A stretch of DNA of 64,000 bases from Callorhinchus milii (lineage: Eukaryota), in contig NW_024704742.1 in assembly GCF_018977255.1 (NCBI RefSeq), positions 21,144,001-21,208,000 on the forward strand. Direction: 5' to 3'. Both the position numbers and the translations under genes were made by a program. The notes under the pieces were generated by a model. It was given only the letters and a program-made list of their open reading frames with translations. It was not told where the DNA came from and did not search any database. This document shows positions 27,871-39,090 of the stretch, one piece after another. The number at the start of each line of letters is the position of its first letter. The first letter of the stretch is position 1.

Positions 27871-28814
27871 TTTTAGATCTACTTTGTCCAAAATCAGTAT
27901 GTTCCCCTCACAAACGAGCTGCTGTAAAAATGAACAGTAAGGCTTATTACTGAGTGAGCATAGCATTGAGTTCAGAATTTAAACCAAGGTTAACTTGAGA
28001 GACTTATGAGAATGACTGGAATTGGCCTTTGATTGTATTGCTTTAGTTTTGTGTAAATTAAGATTTTGTTTTGGTTTCAAGTTGGATGGGTGGGAATCAC
28101 ATCAAGTTGAAATGAGCCAAAATTCTAGACTGAATGGTTATAATAACCCTTGTATTTCATATAGTGCCTTTCAAGTCAGGAGGACATCTCAAAGCGCTTC
28201 ATAGAATTTACTGTAAAGTCTAGTGATTGTGTATTTTGTAGGCAAACAACTCTAATGAAGTCACATTACTGCTGCCCTTCTCCAGGTACACTAGATGATA
28301 AATATCAAATGTGCCAATTAGAACTCCCAATATGACAGTAAGGCACCTACTCACGACATTTGAATTAGAATGGTTGCTGTGCTACACTGGTTCAGTCACA
28401 GTCTGAGCTGATACAAATACAAATATAAAATTACATTTGTAAAGCGCCTTTCACACCGGGAGGACTTCCCAAGGTGCTGAACAGTCAGGGATCAGGATGT
28501 CTGGTATCTGAAAACAGCAGCTTAGAGCTAAGGCGGTCAAAAGTTTAATATTAATTTTTTATCTCCCGAGAGCATTAAATCAATATAGCAATATTACACG
28601 TGGATGGAAATCAATATCATTTGACTTTGAGATGTTTTTCACACTTTCAACAAGAGGTGAAAAATAGAATGCCTCCAATTCATAATTGAAATTCCAGCAT
28701 TTTGTAGAAGTAGAAATAGGGTTGACAGAAAACAGCTCACACGCTTGTCCTATCTGGTGATCAACCACTTTGTTTATTAGCAGCAGCAATAAAATACTAA
28801 TCTTTGTGTTTGCT

Positions 28815-29229
28815 TTGCATATAGTCTCAAAGCGCTTCATAGGATTATACTTCAAATAATACTTAACAATAACGTATCTTGAATAACTTCACAGGTAATT
28901 GTTGGCAAATGTTATGACTGTATGCTTGGAGGCAAGTGTGACTCAGCCAATTTGCACTAAGCAAGGTCCCACAGACAACCATGAATGAATGAATCAATCA
29001 ATCAATCAATCAAGCTTTTGAAGGAATTTGTGGGAACTTTTACAGCCACTTCAACAGGTTGGGATCTCATTTTAACATCTCAAAAGGCAGAACAACTGGC
29101 AATGCAGCACTCCTCCACTACTGTACTGCCATGTCAACCTGGTCTAGAAACTCAAGTCCCAACAAAGGACTTGAACTCGTAACCTTCTGAACCAGAGGCA
29201 ACAGTGCTACCAACTGAGCCATGCTGACC
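28815..29229 (-). mobile_element. DeuSINE-like SINE, diverged
   Basis: CAGCCAATTTGCACTAAGCAAGGTCCCACAGAC body and GAACTCGTAACCTTCTGAACCAGAGGC...GCTACCAACTGAGCCATGCTGAC reversed tRNA-like head. Confidence 0.75.
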
Positions 29230-29407
29230 TGAGACAATGGCGGTCTAATTAACTCCACGATGATATGCCAATGAATGTCAGACCAATACTCTCTTTGTCA
29301 GGTACAGACTGCCAATTATACCAGCCATAGAGGACTGGCCGTGTTTGGTATCAATCACTTTCCTTTAAGCATACCTATCCAGGACCACCCCAAACATCAC
29401 AGGCCCT

Positions 29408-29408
<1 letters not shown>

Positions 29409-29439
<31 letters not shown>

Positions 29440-29807
29440 CCTTGCATTTGAAATAGTGCCTTATCATGTCTTTGAGGCACCTCAAAGTATTTCACAGAAT
29501 ATACTGTAGAGTGAATTGTCTGTATATTTGTGGGCGAAACGCGGCAGCCAATTGCACACAGCAATGTCCCACAAACAGTTGTGGATTGAGTGATCAATTT
29601 ATTATTATGACTATTATTTTTTTGAAGGTATTATTACCTCCAGAAAACGAACCGCCAATCGACTAAAAACTGTGTTCCTACTTACTGCTAGTAAACAGAG
29701 CACGTGGAGAAAGGATACTTGCCCAACGTTTTGCCCTGCCAGGAATCAAATCCTGGTCTCTTGCTTGCGAGGCGAGTGCGCTAACCACTGAGCTACAGGA
29801 ATCCACA
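29409..29807 (-). mobile_element. tRNA-Ala-like composite SINE, older long subfamily
   Basis: Reverse: GTGGATTCCTGTAGCTCAGTGGTTAGCGCACTCGCCTCGCAAGC...CTCTGTTTACTAGCAGTAAGTAGGAAC..., with a long (ATT)n tail. Confidence 0.92.
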
Positions 29808-30776
29808 AATCTTTGTTGACAGCTATTTCAGGTTCTGGGTGACTCACTAATCCACCATCTATAGGTATAATAAGAGTCATCAATTGGCAGAAGGATTGTG
29901 AGGTGCAGTTCTATAAAATGTAGAAGCTTCAGATGGAGAACAAAGAAAGAAGAGCACAGATAAGGAGGTGGGAGAAGGAGGGAAAAGAGTGATAGAGTAG
30001 AAGTAGGAGGGGATGGGGAGAGGAGAAGGAGGGAGGAAAGAAGACAGAGTAAGGGAATCTACTGCACCAGGAACCCAGGGCTTTGTTTGTACTTGGCGTG
30101 GCCTGCAATGCAAGCAGTATTTGTTGCGGTAGAAAAGCACAAGCCAGCTTGTGGCCCACTTTATACACATACATGAGCTGCAGGGGAACATCTTGCAGTT
30201 CAATGGAGAGGGAAGTCCAAAACGATTCTGTGCACAAATTGGCTGCCATGTCTCTATAAAATAGCATCACTACAATTTCCAATTTTCTGTGAAGTGCTTT
30301 GAGATGTTTCAATGATGCAATAAGATGTTATATCAAATGCAAATTTTATTATTTCGTCTTATTAAAACAGTTAGGTGCTTTTGGAGTAACACAAATACTG
30401 CACATTCACCACTGTCTCATAAAAACACTTTATCTGCGTTCACACATGATAATTTAAAGACAGCCGCCAGACTAAGTCATTCAATTATAAATTAAATGGA
30501 ATTATACCAATTTACTATCTCTTAATGGGCAGATTTGCTAACAAAGTGCTTTAATGCACAATAGATGAAGTGTGAGAAACAGCATCCATCTTGAAGGCAG
30601 CAGACAAAGATCTGTGTGTGTCCACCAGTAGCTTATGAAAAGAAGTGAAGGCAATATTCTCAGCAAACCACCACCAACTGCTGTGGGTCAAAATGATCAC
30701 ATGCACTCAGTCTCACATCACCAGATGTATTAAATAACGTAGGAACTGAATGACTGGCATATTTAAAGTTCTGTAG

Positions 30777-31090
30777 ATAATAATCCTTGCATTTGATATA
30801 GCGCTTTTCACGTTGGGAGGACGTCCCAAAGCGCTTCACAGAACACTCTGTAAAGTGAATTGACTGTATATTTGTGGGCGAACGTGGCAACCAATTGCGC
30901 ACAGCAATGTCCCACAAACAGTCGTAGATTGAAAATGACCAATTTATTATTGTTTTTTTTGGTTTTGGAGGGATTATTATTAGGCGTGTGGAGTAAGGAA
31001 ACTTGCCCAAGGTTTCGCCCTGCCTGGAATTGAACTCGGGTCTCTCACTTGCAAAGCAAGTGCTCTAACCACTGAGCTACAGGATTCACA
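30777..31090 (-). mobile_element. Young tRNA-Ala-like composite SINE, full length
   Basis: Reverse complement nearly identical to 19074-19391. Confidence 0.95.
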
Positions 31091-31871
31091 GTCACTGATG
31101 CAGTGACATAGGTGCAGTGTCCAAAGTGACATATGTTCTCTGCAGAGTGCCCAATTATCATTACAAAATATGTGCCCGAGGTTAGAAATGTAAAACAATA
31201 AACATTTGAGGTCAGTAACGTCAGAATGTCAATTTTCTCACCTGCACACATTGCACATCACTATGTGAAGAGATTTGGGAAGAATCCTCATTGTTGGCAT
31301 CACCCTTATTGGGATGGGGTACCAACTAAATGATATCCAGGGTTTCAACAACAACAACTTGCATTTATATAGTGCCCTTTACGCAAGGGAGCTTTCCTCT
31401 CAGACTGGTTCTCAGTTTGTTCAGCATCTGAAACATGATCTTCAAATGTGCTGCTATAAAGAGCTAATGAATCTCTCCGTGTGTACATCATATTCAATAA
31501 TCAAATAATCTGCTGGATTGTTTCCTATACAGTGGCTGGTTGGAATGTGACATATACTGCCACAAACCATAGATGAACCATAATCCGTAATCCTTGCATT
31601 TGATATAATCACCCCCAAAATGTGCTTCATGGGGTTTTCTGTGAAGTGTAATGACTGTGTATTTGTATGAGCATTTCACATTAATTGGACCACAGCAACT
31701 TCCCACAAACAGCTATGAATAAATGAGCAATTTTATCTGGGTTAGCATATCAGGGATTTTTAACGTCCAACTAAACAGGCAGATGAGATCTTGGTGTAAC
31801 ATTTCATCCTAAACATGGTGCCTCCACCAATATAACAACAACAACGTGCATTTGCATAGTGCCCATCACGC

Positions 31872-31965
31872 GGGTGTCTGGAACGCACTGCCTGAAACGA
31901 TGGCGGAAACAGATTCAATAACAACTTTCAAACGCGAATTAGATAGGTACTTGAAAAGGATCAAT
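31872..31965 (+). mobile_element. Short CR1 ORF2 fragment
   Basis: Translates VWNALPETMAETDSITTFKRELDRYLKR, homologous to the end of ORF 506-1054. Confidence 0.8.
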
Positions 31966-31979
31966 GGGTAGATTTGGAG

Positions 31980-33025
31980 ACAGTCCTGGATTTCAGGGGG
32001 GCAAGGCAGTTGAGGGTTGCAGAGAGGCAATCGTTTAGCAACTTGATGGCTATATCAGGACTGCTTTGGGTGGAAGACCAGAGGGAGAAGAGATCTGAGG
32101 ATGAGAAGGTGTTCATGAGGGACTCGGGTGGAAGCTATTTCCAAGGTCGGAAAAAGATGATGGAGGGCTTGGAAGAGGGGAGGGGAAGGAGAAGCAGATG
32201 AGAATATGGTCTGAGATGACCTTGTCTATGATGGACAGATCGGAGATGTCAAGGCTGTGAGTGATATGTGGAGGGTGAGGTTTAGTGCGGAGAGGAGGGC
32301 AGTGAAATCAGAGAAGATGGGACAAGAGGTGATTAGGTGGAGGTTGAAATCACTCATTATGATCAGATGTTCAGTGCAGAGGCAGAGGGATGAAAGGAGG
32401 GAGGAGATATCAGGGATGAAAGGACCAGGCGGTTTGGGAACAACAACAACAGCAAAATTTGTATAGCATCTTTCACGTTGGGAGGATGTCCTAAGGCGCT
32501 GGGCAATCAGTATTTCGGACCCGATCTGGGGGTCGGGATCGGGGAGGGTGGGGTCAGGAGGGGAAGGAGGGTGACCGAAGGCATGGTCGAAGAGGAGGGA
32601 CTTGAGACAGGTCTTGATGGAGGCAAAGGAGGGGGTGAGTCATACGGACTGCAGAATGGAGTTCCAGAGGGTGGGGGCAGAATGGCTGAATGCCTGCCTG
32701 CCAATGGTGGGGTGGGCGAGACAGGGAACGTGAAGCAGGCTGGAGCATGCTGAGTTGAGCGAGCGGGCAGGGTGGTAGGGGGTTAAGAGGTCACAGAGGT
32801 AGGAGGGAGCAAGGCCATGGATGGCTTTGAAAGTGAGGACCAGGATCTAGAGCTGTATCCTCTGTGTGATGGGAAGCCAGTGGAGTCGAGTAAAGATGGG
32901 GATGATAGGGTCACGGAAGGGAAGACAATAATTAAGTAGGAATTTAAAGGAGACCAGGTTTCAGTGAGCCCAAGAATGTTTATGTGCTCATTGAGGATGA
33001 GGTCAAGGATCGTGAGGGCTTCATT
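31980..33025 (-). mobile_element. L2 endonuclease-region remnant with an L2 3' end (32439-32915) in the middle
   Basis: Minus strand order: LDLILNEHINILGLTETW (APE N-terminal motif), then an L2 3' end with (GTT)n tail, then PKPPGPFIPDISSLLSSLCLCTEHLIIMSDFNLHL (GDFN motif region). Confidence 0.8.
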
Positions 33026-33664
33026 TGAGAGTGTGCCTCCTGCACTGCATTGGAGTATCAGGCTAGAGTGTTCCACAACCACAACCCACAACTTTATAAT
33101 AATCATCATCCTTGCATTTGATATAGCGTCTTATGACATCATTGAGATGTCTCAAAGTACTTCACAGCATACAATATAAAGTAGATCAACTGTGCATTTT
33201 GTGGTTGAACGTGATAGCCTATTTGCGCACAGCAATATCCCACAAACAGCCATGGAGTGAATGACCAATTGTATTTGGGGGATATGTTGTCTCAGAAACA
33301 AGAGGGCTATCAACTGAGTCATAGAAATGCTTGAAACTAATACTGAAAAGTTTGAGAAGCAAAATTGGCCCACTTGGAAAAACCTCCAATGCAGACTTGA
33401 TGGCCCGCTAGACAGTTTCTGTACTGTAATATTGCATCAGTCTATGTAAAATATTCTTTGATTCCACCTATGCTGTTGGTTCAAGCTGACCACACAGTGA
33501 CCACACAAATTTGATCCAACCTCTGATATGTGTAGTTACGATCACAAGATTGATTTGCATGATTGGGAGACAAGGGGGTGGGCAGGAGAAGGCCTGCAAA
33601 AGTGCAGTTGAAGAGGTACATCTGGACACTTGTATGTCAGAAAGAAAGAAAGTTTTATAAATTC

Positions 33665-33703
33665 AATAGAAAGAAAGAAGGAAGGAAGGAAGGAAGGAAG
33701 GAA
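33665..33703 (+). repeat. (GAAA)n(GGAA)n microsatellite
   Basis: Directly visible. Confidence 0.9.
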
Positions 33704-35598
33704 GACTGATGTCTTGGAATAAAGCAGTGTAGATGTGCAAAATATCATGTAGTTTTGGTAACATTTGATAAGAATTCACACAGCTACGAAAATTAAAAGG
33801 CAAATCTGTGGTCTGAACTGATCAGAAAATCCTTTATTATCATATTACGTGATGAGATCGGGATTCAGTCACTTGAGCTCCTGGCAGTGAATCAGGTCCA
33901 CACTCCTTTTATTTAGCAGTAACAGCTGGGGATTACAACGCAGACACGAAGATGAGAATTTAGACTGTTTGATAAACAATCATTAATGAAGGCAGTTTTA
34001 TCATTTCAAAAAAATCTATCAGAGTTCAAAAGCTCCCTTGGCTTATTAAATCACTTTAAAATATTATTCCAATAATGTTTGCTATGTTTTTTTTAAATGT
34101 TATTTTTGATCAGGTTCTTCAGAATGGTAATATTAATGAGGATCAAATATTTGCCCGGTGCCGAGGTAGCCTCTGCGGCAACTGGGAGTAAGCAGCTAAG
34201 TCTGAGTCTTCACTCAAAAAAACAAACGTTTGACCCAAATCAGATTTCTAGGAATTAGATTTACACTTGAAAAGCAATTAGTTGGGAGAGTGCAAACTTT
34301 GAGGTGAGTATGTATTCAATCAGCCATGTCCCACTTGGAAAGGAATGGGGTAGCATAAGACTGAAGTCTGGCACTCGAGTGAGTGTACAGCTGGGACACT
34401 GGCCTGTAGGAGAGTCTGTTTTCCTTGCTATATGAGTGACCTCAATAAGAGGATTTGAATTTAAGACCCTCTACGTCTGAGAGATCTGAGTTTATCTGAA
34501 GGCTTATCCTCACAAGAATTCTCCCTAATGCCTCTGGTCTACATTAAGGCTGTAAGGTATGTCAAAACATCCTTCTCTAAAGCACCCTTTTCCTCTACTA
34601 CATTTCAAATGGTGCTTTCTTCATTAATCATTTTACTTCTTCAATTTCCTCACCTGAAGGAACTCTCTCTCTCTCTCTCTCTCTCTTATGCTGAGGTTAA
34701 GTTCTACAAGAGCTATATGTCTTCCAATACTTTTTCCAAGTAGCCAATCCTTTTATGTGTGAGCCTGGACTACGGGTAATGGATGGCAAAGGGCTATTTC
34801 AGCTTGCAGTGAAAAGCACAATATGAACTTAAATACTCTAAAAGGCATATCTTTGGCGGAGTTGGACACCCAGCAAATATACATTCACAGAGGCAGACTT
34901 TCCAGCGATGGCCTGATTTTAAACATGTTTAATCAATGTGTCTAGCCAGAGAATAATGGAGAGTGTAACCTTGTGAAAGTTGAATATTAGGCAAGGAATT
35001 CAATTTTGTTGGTGTCCGATGTTTTTGGAAATGTGTTCCTCATCCCTGAGAGTAAAGCTTACCAATACCTGACCAAATATTATTGAATTTGTCCATAGCT
35101 CTGTCAGATTGATGTGTTAAGTCTCAGTAAGACTCTTCAGCAACAAGGAACCGTAGCTTCTTGTTGTCGTCATATTGATTTTGAACCCTAGCTGTGACTT
35201 GCTTATAGCTCAATGAACAAAGATTCTCCATCCTCCGATCTGTCTCTCAGATGCTCTGCAAAATCCATAATGATTTTTATGGGAAATTAGTTTTTTCTTT
35301 TAAATTTCATTTTTTGTTCAATTTTTTTCTGAATACTGCATTTGCAAACGAAAATGGTATAGGTACCGTTTTTGTTTGTAAATGCAAATAAATACTAAGC
35401 CATAATAAATACTGGGCTAACACAGTGCTTTGGACACCAAAAGTTTTAGGAATTAAAAAAGCTCAGCAGACCCAACTTTTAGATGTATCAAAACCCAACT
35501 ACCCATCTCTTACCACATCCTTTAATCTCTCTCTCTCTCTCTACAGGAATTCATTTAGAAATAAAATGACACTGATCGTTAAATCTGACAACCTTAAT

Positions 35599-36044
35599 GT
35601 GTGTCAGCCTGGATAAATTGGTAGCAATCTCACCCCTAAGTCAGAAGTCAGTCAAGCTTGACAGTGAGACTTTGAACTCATACTCCAGGCTGACACACCA
35701 GTACATAATTGTAAGGTGCTGTAGGAACACTGCATTACTGGAGATGCCGTCCTTTTAATGTCCTTGGATTGGCGTTAAACTGAGTTCCCATCTATTTGTT
35801 TCAGGTAGATTTTAAAAATCTTCTGGCGAATTTCAGAATGAAAAAGGTGTCCTGGCCAACAGTGTCCCAGATAAAATTGGCCATTTCACTTCATGGCTGT
35901 TCGTGAGATATTGCTGTGCTTAAATTGGTTGCTACATTCACTTACGGAATACATAGTCACAAGACATTATGGTAAATCTTATGAAGTGCTTTGAAACATT
36001 TTTCCAATATGAAAGGTGCTGTATCCAAAGCAACATTTATTATT
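35599..36044 (+). mobile_element. DeuSINE-like SINE, near full length, diverged
   Basis: GTGTCAGCCTGG...TTGGTAGC...AGTCAGAAG head; GGAGATGCCGTCC...GGCGTTAAACTGAG body; TTGCTGTGCTTAAATTGGTTGC; TGAAAGGTGCTGTAT tail. Confidence 0.75.
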
Positions 36045-37783
36045 TGCAATGGGTACGCCCCAGGGAACTGAGCACAGAAAAATAAAAATTACGCAGAACA
36101 AAAAATTAAAATGATAGAAAATTTAATTTTTTTAATAATTTAATACAGGATAACATGACTGTAGCATCTTTATGGCGGCCATTTTTCATGCATTTGGTAA
36201 TTATATATCACATTTATGTAAATTTATATTTATATAGCACAATTTTGTATTTTTTTATGAATCACAACTTCCACTCTGGCTTTCTCCCCGTTGCTCTCCG
36301 CACTGCCTCCGGAGCTAGCTCATACCTCCTGCTCTGCCTCTCTTCCCGTCGTTCTTCATGCTGCTTTTGGAAGCAGTGCGGAGAGCGACATAAGAGAGCT
36401 GGAGTTGTGAGGCGGTTTGGCCATGTTACGGAATATTATGTGCTAAGTCGTAGTGAATGTATTATGCACAAAATTGTGTGAGTGCATCATTGTGTAATTC
36501 CCTGGCTGTAAATGGGATGTCTCCATTATAAGAGATCAGTAATGTTACTAATCAGTGGAGTTCCACACCACAGGTTATCTCTTATACCAGTTTGTTTATT
36601 AGCCTTTCCTGATAGCTTACATAACAAGTCTATTTCTCTTTGAGTAAAATCATTTGTGAAGATTGATCTTTTCTCTGTCCCCCACTGTCCTGTTGCTCTT
36701 GATCTCAGAACTGAGGTTGAACAATACATGCAGGCACATTTCTTAAAGATTTCATGGTGCTATGTGAACCTCAGGAACAAAACTGAATGTGTGCCCATCT
36801 GATAAAAGCAGCAAGTTTTTAATTCTGTTTTCTTTCCTCAACAAAGTCCACTGCAACTGTTTGACTAAAATCAAGTACCAATTAGATGCTCTTTCCCTGA
36901 ACGTATACAAGGGAAAGCCCAGAGGGACTGGGAAGCACTTCACAGAAACCTAATATGTGTTCATAGACAAGAATGTGTTTCATCTATGTGTGTGTATGTG
37001 CTATCAGCCAAAGGCTAGTTTGCTCAGAATCAAAGTTCACCATAATCGTTGTCAGGCATCGAGGCAGAAATATTTTTTCCTCACGGTCGATGCTCCATGA
37101 TTACAGGTACTCCATTTGGTGACCTGGCGAATAAGTCAAATGCATCCTGACAATGGCAGGAGTGACTTGTGGGAAGCTGCTGCACCATGGAGTTTACATC
37201 ATACTGTTAACACCTGATAACAAGACACTGGCTTAACTAGTCACTACCACTTTGCTGGCTATGCTGTCAATATTCCAGCTGCTTCATCACGTGCAAAACG
37301 TTAATAAGCGACTACACTTTACTTGTCACTTGGCTGACCATGTAGGTACTCACATTCTAGAAATTCTAGAAAATGGTTACAATGTAAAATTGATCAGATA
37401 ACTAGTATTATACAATAACTATCTTGCATCTCAAAGGCCTCTTGCCCTATTCTGTGGCGAGGTGCAGGTGCTCAGTAGAGGTTGAACATACATACTCAGA
37501 TGCATGGCAGAGGCCTCTGGTCTATTAGAGGCTGGAGCCATGATCTCCTTCCCCACCTCCCAGCCTATCTTGTGACACAATAGAGTGGGAGACCATGGAG
37601 CTGCCCTCCAGTAGGCACCAGAGGCCTCTGTGATACATGCGTGCCCAACAAACTGCTTGGCAAAGTTAATAATAATAATACTTGCATTTGATATAGAGAC
37701 TTATCACGTCGTTGAGACAACTCAAAATTGTGATGTTTCCTAACAGGTTTAAGGCCCAAAATTTCAGCTAGTCATAGTGGTGA

Positions 37784-37960
37784 GATCATTTTGTCTTCAA
37801 ATTCAAGTCTGCACAGAATTGTGTAAAATTATTATTTCAATCTTAATTTGGAAGAGTTTTCAGCAATTCTTAAAAAAGAAATAAATGGCTTCCAAATTTA
37901 GACTGAATTTCAGAACCTTCCACAGTTTTGCATCATCTTAAATTTTAAGACAAAATGATC
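37784..37960. mobile_element. Palindromic MITE-like element
   Basis: Arms GATCATTTTGTCTTCAAATTCAAG and CTTAAATTTTAAGACAAAATGATC are inverted repeats; related copies near 59904, 56655, 49455, 62795 and 51570. Confidence 0.7.
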
Positions 37961-38399
37961 CAGCAGCCTTAGACTCAGTAGAATATCATACCTTTGACAA
38001 GTACAATTATCTAGTACTTTGGGACGTCCTCCGGACATGAAAGATTCGCTATAAATGTAGCTTTGTTGTTGTTGTTGTTGTTGTCACTTTGCATCTGTTC
38101 AGGAATATTGCATTTTTCATCCCATTTGCGACCTTACAATCTGTAATCATCAAATAATTTGGTGGATTTTTTCTAATAATTCGCTTCACTTGTAGAAGAA
38201 ATTATGATTGATGCAACATTCTGCAATATTTCATTGCAGAATATTGCATTGTTTCATTGTTAACTTCTTGAGAGTCCAAGTCAGGTCGTCAGAAGCTCCA
38301 ATGACTTGATTTCAAATCAGTGTCATTCACAAATCAGTGAGGTTGGGAGCAAACACAAAGTAATCTGTGGTGCCCACTTTCTATCCAGTCACCTTTAAG

Positions 38400-39090
38400 T
38401 GTCAGTCTGGCTCAGTTGGTAACACTGAGCCAGAAAGTCATAGGTTGAAACACCATGTTGAGTCTTGAACTTATAGCCTCCAGGTTGATATTCCAGGGCA
38501 GTGCTGGGGGAGCAGTGCATTGGCAGAGATGCTGTCCTCTGGATGAGATCCTTCCTTCCTTGCATTTGATATAGCGCTTTTCACGTCTTGTAGACGTCTC
38601 AAAGTGCTTCACAGAATAAACTGCAAAGTGAATTGACTGTATATTTGTGGGCAAAATGCAGCAGCCAATTGAGCACAGCAGTGTCCCACAAACAGTCGTG
38701 GTTTAGAAGTGAGCAATTTATTATTTTTTCTTGAGGGACTATTATCAAGTGTGTGGAGTAAGGAAACTTGCCCAAGATTTCTCCCTGCCGGGAATCGAAC
38801 CAAGGTCTCTCGCTTGCGAGGCGAGTGCTCTTACCACTGAACTACAGGACTCCACAGAGATGTTAAATGAGGTTCTGTCCATCTGTCCAGGAGTTAGAGA
38901 TTCCTTGCCACTATTTAAGAAGAAAAGAGAGTTTCTCCCCGTGCCTTGGCCAAGAATCGCCAAGATAAAATAAATTGTCATTCAAAGCTGCTGTGTGCCA
39001 AATAGCTGCTATGTTTGTCTATTTTACAGATAACTATGTGAAGTGTTTTAAGACTCTATATATAATGAGGTTCTATATCAAAAGCAAATG
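38400..39090 (+). mobile_element. DeuSINE-like SINE interrupted by a composite SINE
   Basis: GTCAGTCTGGCTCAGTTGGTAAC head; body GGATGAGAT|GTTAAATGAGG is split by the insertion at 38550-38856. Confidence 0.8.
38550..38856 (-). mobile_element. tRNA-Ala-like composite SINE with (AAGG)n tail
   Basis: Head retains CTCGC-CTCGCAA-GCGAG anticodon arm and GGTTCGATTCCC B box; GAGAT duplicated at 38545-38549 and 38857-38861. Confidence 0.93.
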
